From: an uncultured bacterium
GTDB lineage: Bacteria > Armatimonadota > UBA5829
Direction of reading: 5' to 3'
Assembly: GCA_964431685.1 (NCBI GenBank)
Contig: CAYSLA010000005.1
Location: forward strand, 1 to 50,282
Length of the DNA: 50,282 nt
Shown here: positions 17,754 to 25,342 of the stretch, one piece after another
How the letters are laid out: every line of letters starts with the position of its first letter
Position numbering within the stretch: the first letter of the stretch is position 1
Position numbers and translations under genes: made by a program
The notes under the pieces: generated by a model
Told to the model about the DNA's origin: nothing
Database searches by the model: none
What the model saw: the letters and a program-made list of their open reading frames with translations, nothing else

Positions 17754-20387
17754 CTACTTTCCTTTCGCCTTCTGCTGCAGTTCGTAGAGTTTGTTCATGG
17801 CTTCTATCGGGGACATCACCGAGACGTCCAGCGTTTCCAGCTCGTCCATCACAGGGTCACGCTCCGCCTCGAACAACGAAAGCTGCAGGCGTTCCTGTTT
17901 CACGCTCACTTTCGCGCCTCTCGCCACAGCCTTTCCGCTCGCGCCGTTAGACTCCAGTTCCTTGAGAATATCCTTGGCCCGCTCAATCGCCTCCTGAGGC
18001 AGGCCCGCGAGACGTGCTACCTCAATTCCGTAACTCCTGTCCGTCCCGCCAGGCATGATCTTGCGGAGCCACACGATGCGGTCTTTCTCTTCGCGAACAG
18101 CTATCCGGTAGTTCTTCACTCCCGTAAGCTGCTTTTCCAGTTCATTGAGATGATGATAGTGGGTGGCGAAGAGGGTTCGCGCCTTGAGGCGGTTGATCTG
18201 TTCCGCCACGGCCCACGCGATCGACAGGCCGTCGTATGTGGAAGTGCCTCGGCCAATCTCATCCAGCACGATCAAGCTGCGCATCGTGGCATTGTTGAGT
18301 ATGTTGGCGGTCTCGTTCATCTCCACCATGAAAGTGCTCTGGCCGCTGGCAAGCTCATCGTGCGCGCCGACCCGGGTGAATATGCGGTCCACCACTCCAA
18401 TTACCGCTTCCTCCGCTGGCACAAAAGAACCCATCTGCGCCAGCAGCACAATGAGCGCGACCTGCCGCAGATATGTGGATTTTCCGGCCATGTTGGGACC
18501 GGTTATTATCAGAAGTTGGTCTGTGTCGCAGTCGACGAAGGTGTCGTTTGGAACAAACCTCTCTGCAATGAACTGCTCTACGACCGGATGCCTTCCGTTC
18601 TTGATGCGAAGATCAGCTCCGTCGTTGACTTCCGGTCTCACATATCCACGCGACGCGGCGACTTCCGCCAAAGCGCAAAGCACGTCAACCTCTGCCACCG
18701 CCCTGGCCACTGAGGCAACCGATCGCATCTCGTCAGCCACCTGACTTCGCACCTCGCAGAAAAGAGTGTACTCGAGTTCCTTGGCCTTATCGTCCGCACC
18801 AAGAACCTTGGCCTCCATCTCTTTGAGTTCGGGGGTAATGAAGCGCTCGGCATTGGTGGTGGTCTGTTTGCGTATGTAGTCCTCCGGAACGGCTTCGAGG
18901 TTTGACTTCGTGACCTCAAGATAGTATCCAAACACGGAGTTATAGCCAACCTTGAGGTTCTTGATGCCTGTGCGCTCGCGCTCCTGGGCTTCCAGCCTGG
19001 CAATCCATCCCTTGCCGTCAGTTGAGGCGCTCCTGAGTTCATCCAAATCGGCGCTGTATCCCGGCGCTATGATGCCGCCATCACGGATGGTCAGCGGCGG
19101 CTCCGGCACGATGGAGTGGTCGATAAGCTCGACCAGCGGCTCAAGGAACTCGACTTCGCCCGATAGCGACTGCAGCCGGGGACTCGCTGCCTTGATCAGC
19201 GCACCTTGCAGTGCAGGAAGCTGCTTCAGAGACTCTGCCAGCCCTACCAGGTCGCGCGCGTTCGCGCTCTCCGCGACAATGCGCGCCATGAGCCGCTCGA
19301 GGTCCTGGATGCTTCCGAGCACTTCGCGCAGTTCGCCCCGCAGCAGTGCGTCGTTGTAGAGTTCGGACACCGCGTCCAGACGGCGGTTGATGGCTCCGAC
19401 CTCCAGAAGAGGCTGATCCAGCCACTTGCGCAGCAGTCTGCCGCCCATGGCAGTTCGTGTCTTGTCGATGATGGACAGAAGCGACGCGCCCCTGGTGTCG
19501 GCGCTCATAGAATGCGTCAGCTCCAGATTCCGTCTCGCGGCAGCATCGAGCACCATAAACTCGCTGGTCGAATAGACGCTCATATTCGCGATAGACTGCA
19601 GGGCCCCGGCGTTCGTTTCCTTCAGATAGCCAAGCAGTATTGCCCCAGCCTCCAAGCCGGCGGTCATATCTTCGGCCCCAAAGCCACGAAGCGAGTCAGT
19701 GCCAAACTGGCTGGTGAGAGTCTCCTTGGCAGGGCGGTGGTATATAGCACTTTCTTCGGAGCGAGTCACGGTCGCGCCTGTGGTCTGCTTGATCGGATCA
19801 GCCAGATCCCAGTCGAGTTCACGCAGCAGAACCTCAGCCGGAGCCAATCTTCCGATTTCTTCCAGAAGCCGCCCAGATGCGTCACGCCCGGATACTTCGG
19901 TCACCGCAAACTCGCCGGTGGAGATATCCGCCACCGCAACGCCATAGACCTCGGGCTCGCTGCAGACGGCCACCAGGTAGTTGTTGGATTTGCCGTCCAG
20001 CATGCTGTCTTCGAGCACTGTGCCAGCCGTGACCACACGTGTGACGCCGCGTCTTACTATCTTCTTGGTCTTCTTTGGATCCTCGAGCTGATCGCAAATG
20101 GCGACTCGATAGCCCTTGGAAATCAGACGTGCGACGTAGCGTTCAACGGCATGGTGAGGGAACCCGCACATCGGCACTTCAGCCGCATAGCCTTGAGAGC
20201 GAGAAGTGAGGACAATCTCCAGCTCACGGGAGGCGGTGACAGCATCCTCGCCGAACATCTCGTAGAAATCCCCGAGCCGGAACATCAGGATAACGTCCGG
20301 ATACTGCTCCTTGATCTGCAGATACTGGGCCACCATTGGGGTGACCTTCTTCAAATCCTTGACGTCCTTTATCTCCAAGAGACCCAC
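17754..20387 (-). CDS. mutS: DNA mismatch repair protein MutS
   Basis: 877 aa. N-terminal TPMVAQYLQIKEQYPDVILMFRLGDFYEMF, Walker A GPNMAGKST, and STFMVEM..DEIGRGTSTYDG. Confidence 0.95.
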   Translation of the reverse strand: MGLLEIKDVKDLKKVTPMVAQYLQIKEQYPDVILMFRLGDFYEMFGEDAVTASRELEIVLTSRSQGYAAEVPMCGFPHHAVERYVARLISKGYRVAICDQLEDPKKTKKIVRRGVTRVVTAGTVLEDSMLDGKSNNYLVAVCSEPEVYGVAVADISTGEFAVTEVSGRDASGRLLEEIGRLAPAEVLLRELDWDLADPIKQTTGATVTRSEESAIYHRPAKETLTSQFGTDSLRGFGAEDMTAGLEAGAILLGYLKETNAGALQSIANMSVYSTSEFMVLDAAARRNLELTHSMSADTRGASLLSIIDKTRTAMGGRLLRKWLDQPLLEVGAINRRLDAVSELYNDALLRGELREVLGSIQDLERLMARIVAESANARDLVGLAESLKQLPALQGALIKAASPRLQSLSGEVEFLEPLVELIDHSIVPEPPLTIRDGGIIAPGYSADLDELRSASTDGKGWIARLEAQERERTGIKNLKVGYNSVFGYYLEVTKSNLEAVPEDYIRKQTTTNAERFITPELKEMEAKVLGADDKAKELEYTLFCEVRSQVADEMRSVASVARAVAEVDVLCALAEVAASRGYVRPEVNDGADLRIKNGRHPVVEQFIAERFVPNDTFVDCDTDQLLIITGPNMAGKSTYLRQVALIVLLAQMGSFVPAEEAVIGVVDRIFTRVGAHDELASGQSTFMVEMNETANILNNATMRSLIVLDEIGRGTSTYDGLSIAWAVAEQINRLKARTLFATHYHHLNELEKQLTGVKNYRIAVREEKDRIVWLRKIMPGGTDRSYGIEVARLAGLPQEAIERAKDILKELESNGASGKAVARGAKVSVKQERLQLSLFEAERDPVMDELETLDVSVMSPIEAMNKLYELQQKAKGK

Positions 20388-20470
20388 ACTCCAGGCAACC
20401 GCTGCTAGCTTGCGTATATTGTAGGGTATTGGCCGACCCTACGGCAACAAACAGACAGAAAATCAAGGTA

Positions 20471-20507
20471 TAGACAGGTAGCATCCACAGCCATAATATG
20501 CTATAAT
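20471..20507 (+). promoter_or_regulatory. candidate sigma70 promoter for the small Cys-rich ORF
   Basis: TAGACA (20471-76), 17 nt, TAATAT (20494-99). A second TATAAT lies at 20502-07. The site is in the AT-rich mutS-divergent intergenic region. Confidence 0.45.
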
Positions 20508-20569
20508 AGTAGTAGTTCAAAGACGGATTTCAACGACGAAACCCGAATTGCTCAATGAGGAGAACTATC

Positions 20570-20770
20570 ATGAACTGTGGATTGTGCCACGTTTGCAAGA
20601 ACGACGCGGACTGCGCGTTCCCCCGAAATCAGATCATCACGCAATGTGAGGAGTACGAGTGCGACAATGCTCGTGCTAAGACCCCGGCATCCGAACACCC
20701 GACTCCTGTGGCCCTTTGGGCAACCACGCCCGAAAGGCAGATGGCAGGCGCCGGAGCCTCACGAGGCTGA
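20570..20770 (+). CDS. small cysteine-rich hypothetical protein (66 aa)
   Basis: RBS GAGGAG 7 nt upstream of ATG 20570. MNCGLCHVCKNDADCAFPRNQIITQCEEYEC has 6 Cys in the first 31 aa. The track ORF starts at 20555. Confidence 0.5.
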   Translation: MNCGLCHVCKNDADCAFPRNQIITQCEEYECDNARAKTPASEHPTPVALWATTPERQMAGAGASRG

Positions 20771-20842
20771 TCAAGCTGTCCGGTATGATCCCGACGCTTC
20801 CACGGGGCGGAGGCAATGCTTCCGCCCTCAGCCACACGGTAA

Positions 20843-20925
20843 ACTACGTCATGCCGGACTTGATCCGGCACCCATCCGGAGAAGGGATGGGTCCGGCAGC
20901 CAAGTTCAGGATGACGTGGTTTCTC
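20843..20925. repeat. composite palindromic element, copy B (72-nt core 20846-20917)
   Basis: Closing stem ACGTCAT/ATGACGT. Hairpins GCCGGA-cttga-TCCGGC and ACCCATCC-ggagaag-GGATGGGT. Flanks are identical to copy A. Confidence 0.8.
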
Positions 20926-20990
20926 CCGCGGATTTGGAGCCATCAGGGAGCACGTGGAAGTGCTCCCCTACGAAATGAAAAGCCAGAGCA

Positions 20991-22316
20991 TCAGGAGTAC
21001 TCACTGGCCTTGTCTGGCATAATCCTCATCATGTAGAGTGATACCGGATACATTATCACACCTATAACGAAGATGCCGATGAATACGGTCCTGTAGGAGA
21101 ACATGTCCGCCAGCTTGCCGGTGAGCATTGCCGCAGCCGACAAAGCAGCAACCCCAAAGATGATCTGCAGCGTGAAATGTCCTCCACGATGCTCGGGTTT
21201 CGGCAGGCCATAGCCGAGGACGGACGACGCCGCGTTGAACCCTGCCAGATAGAAGATTCCCAGTCCTATGCTGACGTAGACCCCGGTTGGCGTCGGCATT
21301 AGTATCGCGGGAAGGAATGCGGCGCTCCCAACCAGCGACCACAGCGGCAAAAGGCGTTTGGGCCCGATCCAGTCAGTCAACCAGCCCAGCGGCGCCGCGC
21401 AGAAAACCCTTACTAACAGCGTGATGCTGACCATGATGGGCACCGTGACGTCGGGCATCTTGACCACTTTGAGTCCATAGACATTGAAGAAGTTGATCGT
21501 GTTGGAACCCATACATATCGTCGCAATAGACGTCAGCACCACATAGTTGATGAAACGCTTGTCGTTCCAGAACGCCTTGAGCATCGCCAGCGACCAGGCA
21601 GGCGGAGACTTCTCAACCGGGGTCCGTTTTTCCTTGGCAAACAGGGCCAGAAGATAGCCACTTTGGATGATCACCCACGTCAAGAGCAGCAGGTAACCGT
21701 AAGCTTGCGGCTTGGATACGTGGGTAAGGATGTGGCGGCCAATAGCAGCCGATATGAGCCCCAGGACGGAACCGACTCCGAATGACAGACCGGTGAGGCG
21801 CGCCCGGTACGCCATCGGAATACAGGCGGCTATGTACTCTGTGTGTGGAAGCGAAACAAAACCCCCGAACAAGTGGTGCGCGACAAATGCGACCAGCAGG
21901 AAGCTGATCATAGTCGAGTTCGACCAGCCCAGACTGTGACCAAGAAGGACTCCAACCCCAGCCAGGGCAAGGGGCGCCAGATATGGAATGTTGACACCGA
22001 AGAAGTAGCGCTTCTTGTAGTGGAAGCGACGGGTAATCCACGGAGAGGTAACGATCCCGAGAAAGCCCGCCCAGTTGAGTCCGGTGATAATGCCAATTGT
22101 CGTGTTGCTTGCCCCAAGGTATACCAGAAGCGGCTGCAGCGCCATCTGAGTGTCAGCCCAGCCCATCATGAAGATGGCATCCATCATGACGCAAAAGACC
22201 ATGTTGCGCATGATCTGGCGTTTGGTGAACCCCTGGTTTTCCGGGGCTTCCTCTTCGGACGATGGTTCTGCGACCTTGGCTAACGTCAAGGTGGTGTCAG
22301 TTGACTCTGTATCCAC
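20991..22316 (-). CDS. MFS transporter
   Basis: 441 aa with about 12 hydrophobic helices, a hydrophilic N-terminus, and typical MFS loop spacing. Confidence 0.75.
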   Translation of the reverse strand: MDTESTDTTLTLAKVAEPSSEEEAPENQGFTKRQIMRNMVFCVMMDAIFMMGWADTQMALQPLLVYLGASNTTIGIITGLNWAGFLGIVTSPWITRRFHYKKRYFFGVNIPYLAPLALAGVGVLLGHSLGWSNSTMISFLLVAFVAHHLFGGFVSLPHTEYIAACIPMAYRARLTGLSFGVGSVLGLISAAIGRHILTHVSKPQAYGYLLLLTWVIIQSGYLLALFAKEKRTPVEKSPPAWSLAMLKAFWNDKRFINYVVLTSIATICMGSNTINFFNVYGLKVVKMPDVTVPIMVSITLLVRVFCAAPLGWLTDWIGPKRLLPLWSLVGSAAFLPAILMPTPTGVYVSIGLGIFYLAGFNAASSVLGYGLPKPEHRGGHFTLQIIFGVAALSAAAMLTGKLADMFSYRTVFIGIFVIGVIMYPVSLYMMRIMPDKASEYS

Positions 22317-22354
22317 AAGCCTTTACCTTCCCCATGCATGGATCGGAGTGTTGA

Positions 22355-23002
22355 TCATATCAGTCCCGCGAGCACGGGAAGCATCGTTCGAGCGATGAGT
22401 TCATGGCCTGCCGGGTTCGGGTGGCATCCGTCCGTGGTCAGATCATCGATGGTCTGCTCTGTGCCGGTGGTCGCGGCCATCCAGACCGAATAGTTGTCCA
22501 CTATCGGAACTTCCTCGTCCGCCGCGACCCTGCCGACCGCATCCACGTACGCACCTATCCGACAATTGGGCCCCTCTTCCTTGTACGGACTCCACGCCAT
22601 CCACGAGCCGGTGGCGCTCAATGGGATGGGAGACATCAACACCGCCTGAATCCCGGATGTCTTGGCCAATCGAACCATCCTGCGCAGATTGGCCGCGTAC
22701 TCGTCAGGCGTAAGGTGAGGTTTCGTCTCTCCCTCGTAGACGTAGCTGTCGTTCGTGCCATACATGATGGTCACGCAATCCGGACGATGGCTAATCACGT
22801 CGCGGTCAAATCTCTCGAGAGCGCCACCGGTCTGTTCGCTGCCAACCCCTGAGGCGATGACCTGTGTCTGCAGACCCCTATGGCGAAGCAGTCTTTCGAG
22901 AACTGCCTCGTAGATCTGATCGGCTTCCACACCCGGCCGCACTCCCTTTGTGATTGAGTCTCCAAGGCAGATGACGGTGCATGTTCTATGTGTGCTCGGC
23001 AT
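22355..23002 (-). CDS. SGNH/GDSL hydrolase family protein
   Basis: Block I CLGDSITKG, block III MYGTNDS, block V DGCHPN. Confidence 0.8.
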   Translation of the reverse strand: MPSTHRTCTVICLGDSITKGVRPGVEADQIYEAVLERLLRHRGLQTQVIASGVGSEQTGGALERFDRDVISHRPDCVTIMYGTNDSYVYEGETKPHLTPDEYAANLRRMVRLAKTSGIQAVLMSPIPLSATGSWMAWSPYKEEGPNCRIGAYVDAVGRVAADEEVPIVDNYSVWMAATTGTEQTIDDLTTDGCHPNPAGHELIARTMLPVLAGLI

Positions 23003-23091
23003 TTGTGTGTACTCCTGGGCTCACTCGGTTGCCACGCAGGCGTAGTTATGTAGTTCCAAACTGCCGGTGAATGACTGCTGCCCCGGTGTCC

Positions 23092-24171
23092 CTAAGCTAT
23101 CTGCTGGAGCTGCTCTTTGGTAACCTGATGCTCCAGCGGCTTGCCCGAGAAGAATCTCTCCAACTCCATAACTGCAAGATTACCAACGCGGGCGATGTTG
23201 TTAGAGGATACGCCCGAGATGTGCGGAGTAAAGATCACGTTGGGCAGAGTCCGAAGAGGATGATCCTCGGCAGGCGGCTCCGGGTCAGTGACGTCCAGAC
23301 ACGCCGTTATCCTGCCAGTCTTGAGCTCTTCGTACAGCGCTGCTTCGTCTATCAGAGAACCCCTCGCCGTGTTGATGATGATAGCTCCGTCTTTCATCAT
23401 CTTGAGGTTCTGCGCGTTTATCATGTGATGGGTTTCGGGAAGGCTTGGTGCGTGCAGAGAGATTACGTCGGACTGTCTGACCATATCGTCCAGACTGTCG
23501 CAGCTCACCACGCCCATCTCTTCGGCCCGATGCCGGGATACGAACGGATCGTAGAGCAGGGTCTCCAAGTCAAAGCACTTCAGCAGTCTGATGAAGTGTC
23601 TGCCCGCGTGCCCGGCGCCTACAACGCCGACGTTGATGCGGTAAGTCTCCTTTATGCGCTCCATCTCCACTGGATCCCGCCAGCCACCGTTGTGGATATG
23701 GTCGTTGAGCTGGTAACACCTCTTCATTGATGAGAGCATGAGTCCGAGTGCGTGCTCAGCTACACCGACCGCTATTGCAGAAGCCGCACTGCTTACCGAT
23801 ATGCCCCTGTCCCAGACGGCCTCGGTGACTATGCTCTTGACCGAGCCTGCGGCGTGAGCGATCATCTTCAGAGAGGGGGCCCGATCGAGCAAGTCAGCCG
23901 TAAGCAGCGGAATATCCCAACTGGTGATGCATCCATCGGCCCCGGCGATGACCTCCTTGACCCTGGCAGGATCACCATCCGGCATTGGGCCGTTGACAAC
24001 CTCGGCAAAACCCTTCAGCCTTTCGATATCCTGAGAAGCGATAATCCTCCTTCCCAGGTTGTTTGGAATGGAGTCCGGTATCATGACTGCTATTCTTGGT
24101 TTCAAGTCTATTCCTCGTGAATTACTCGTTGCTGGAAAGCGGTATGCCAAAGCAACGTAGAGTCGCGTCAT
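23092..24171 (-). CDS. D-isomer-specific 2-hydroxyacid dehydrogenase family protein
   Basis: GVVGAGHAGRHF (NAD fold), NTARGSLIDEAAL, LDVTDPEP, PHISG. The start may be downstream (MIPDS...). Confidence 0.8.
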   Translation of the reverse strand: MTRLYVALAYRFPATSNSRGIDLKPRIAVMIPDSIPNNLGRRIIASQDIERLKGFAEVVNGPMPDGDPARVKEVIAGADGCITSWDIPLLTADLLDRAPSLKMIAHAAGSVKSIVTEAVWDRGISVSSAASAIAVGVAEHALGLMLSSMKRCYQLNDHIHNGGWRDPVEMERIKETYRINVGVVGAGHAGRHFIRLLKCFDLETLLYDPFVSRHRAEEMGVVSCDSLDDMVRQSDVISLHAPSLPETHHMINAQNLKMMKDGAIIINTARGSLIDEAALYEELKTGRITACLDVTDPEPPAEDHPLRTLPNVIFTPHISGVSSNNIARVGNLAVMELERFFSGKPLEHQVTKEQLQQIA

Positions 24172-24840
24172 CCTTAACCCGATTCAGGACTGATCCCGCC
24201 ACTCGGCATGTGCGGGACAAGTGCCGGTATGGCCTTGTTTCCGGCAGAAGTGAGGAATCTGCCCTTTGAATCCTCGGCACGCTCAGCAGATTCCTCCGTT
24301 CCATCGCAATGATGCGTGCGACGAGCGTTAGTCGCCTGACTGCCCCGCGTTTTTCAGCGGCACGCTCATGTCGGTACTGGTGACCTCATTGTCACCATCA
24401 GTATCGCCGTTTAAGAGCAGCGTGTCAAGAGTGACGGACTGACCTGCCCAGACGACCACACCGGGGAACACCCGTCTCAGGAATCCGGAAGCGCTCACCT
24501 CGACGTCGTACACACCGGGGTCGAGGTTAAGAAACGCGTAGCCGCCAGGGTTCTGGGCAAGAGTAACGCTCTGGCTGGCAACGGTCACACCCTGCTGCTT
24601 CAGGTCGATAGAGACCGGAAGCAAATCCAAACTCCCAATGAAGCCCTCGAGAGTTATAGACCCTCCCAGGGAGCTTATGTCGCCGCCGTATCTGATGCCG
24701 CTTGAGAGCCTCAGCTCGTCCATACTGCCGAGCAGGTTGTACCAGTTGTGCCCGTCTTGTCTCCCGGCCACCGTCGCGGGGCCGAGCACAGGATCCGGCG
24801 TGCCCATGCTAGTAACATCCTGCGCAAAGACCTGAACTCC

Positions 24841-24864
24841 CCCTGAATCAAGTTCAGGGCAAGA
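24841..24864. repeat. 24-nt palindromic unit R1 (CCCTGAATCAAGTTCAGGGCAAGA)
   Basis: Exact 20-nt core. It lies between LamG segments ...GGRNII and GVQVFAQD, where the paralogs have KFWKN. The frame is not preserved here. Confidence 0.9.
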
Positions 24865-25134
24865 TAATGTTCCGCCCGCCGGACTCTGCGTCCCTCTGCC
24901 ACGTCACCGCGGCGTGAGTCCAGGTGTTCAAGTCCCAGTCGGTTGACGGATCCATAACAGACTGCCAACCGCCCTTGGCATACCAGCCAACCGACATGCG
25001 CATCCGGCCGCCGGTGTAGACCAGCGACCAACTGTAGTCAGCGCCGGTATAGTTCTGCAGGAGCACCCAGTAGCTATTCTCCAAAGTCGGATATAGCCAC
25101 GCTTCGGCAGTAAGGCTGTCTATTCCAAACCCAA

Positions 25135-25154
25135 CCCTGAATCAAGTTCAGGGC
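25135..25154. repeat. palindromic unit R2 (20-nt core)
   Basis: Exact core CCCTGAATCAAGTTCAGGGC. Removing 22 nt (25133-25154) joins YKKV to GFGIDSLTAEAW in frame. Confidence 0.9.
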
Positions 25155-25177
25155 GACTTTCTTGTAGACGCCGCTCT

Positions 25178-25201
25178 CCCTGAATCAAGTTCAGGGCAAG
25201 C
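25178..25201. repeat. 24-nt palindromic unit R3
   Basis: CCCTGAATCAAGTTCAGGGCAAGC. A clean 24-nt insertion within LamG coding sequence. Confidence 0.95.
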
Positions 25202-25219
25202 TATAGTTAACTTGCAGAG

Positions 25220-25243
25220 CCCTGAATCAAGTTCAGGGCAAGC
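25220..25243. repeat. 24-nt palindromic unit R4
   Basis: Identical to R3 and separated from it by 18 nt (6 codons, LQVNY region). Confidence 0.95.
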
Positions 25244-25322
25244 TGTTGCCGAAGCTGGTCTGTCCGGCGATGTAGTGATTGGGCTGGGCGGCTAGACCAG
25301 TGTTGAGCGTCCCATGCACGTC

Positions 25323-25342
25323 CCCTGAATCAAGTTCAGGGC
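25323..25342. repeat. palindromic unit R5 (20-nt core) at a gene-fragment junction
   Basis: Exact core with a tail (TCGA) that differs from the consensus. It supplies the TGA stop of ORF 25336-27774 and directly abuts the truncated LamG fragment. Confidence 0.9.

Larger units (their letters stand above)
24328..25322 (-). pseudogene. LamG (Laminin_G_3-like) / CarboxypepD_reg / dockerin-like paralog, 5'-truncated and interrupted by four palindromic units
   Basis: Segments between the repeats translate in order: DVHGTLNTGLAAQPNHYIAGQTSFGN | LQVNY | SGVYKKV | GFGIDSLTAEAWLYPTLENSYWVLLQNYTGADYSW...RNII | GVQVFAQDVT...NGDTDGDNEVTSTD. This is colinear with the paralogs at 27899-29879 and 42417-43286. 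Confidence 0.85.

Noticed and set aside
17715-20408. Long plus-strand ORFs (17715-18713, 19206-20408) opposite mutS, and similar antisense ORFs opposite other large genes (for example 1578-2474, 39547-40233, 47757-48560)
   Set aside because: They are shadow ORFs typical of high-GC DNA. They are Arg/Leu/His-rich with no recognisable motifs and lie entirely within strongly supported genes on the other strand.
20846-20917. tRNA-like or tRNA pseudogene (72 nt, 7-bp closing stem plus three arms)
   Set aside because: Arm lengths do not fit a tRNA: 6-bp stem with 5-nt loop, then 8-bp stem with 7-nt loop GGAGAAG lacking U33. There is no T-loop (TTCGA/TTCAA) consensus and no D-loop GG. Copy A has extra palindromes nested inside the arms.
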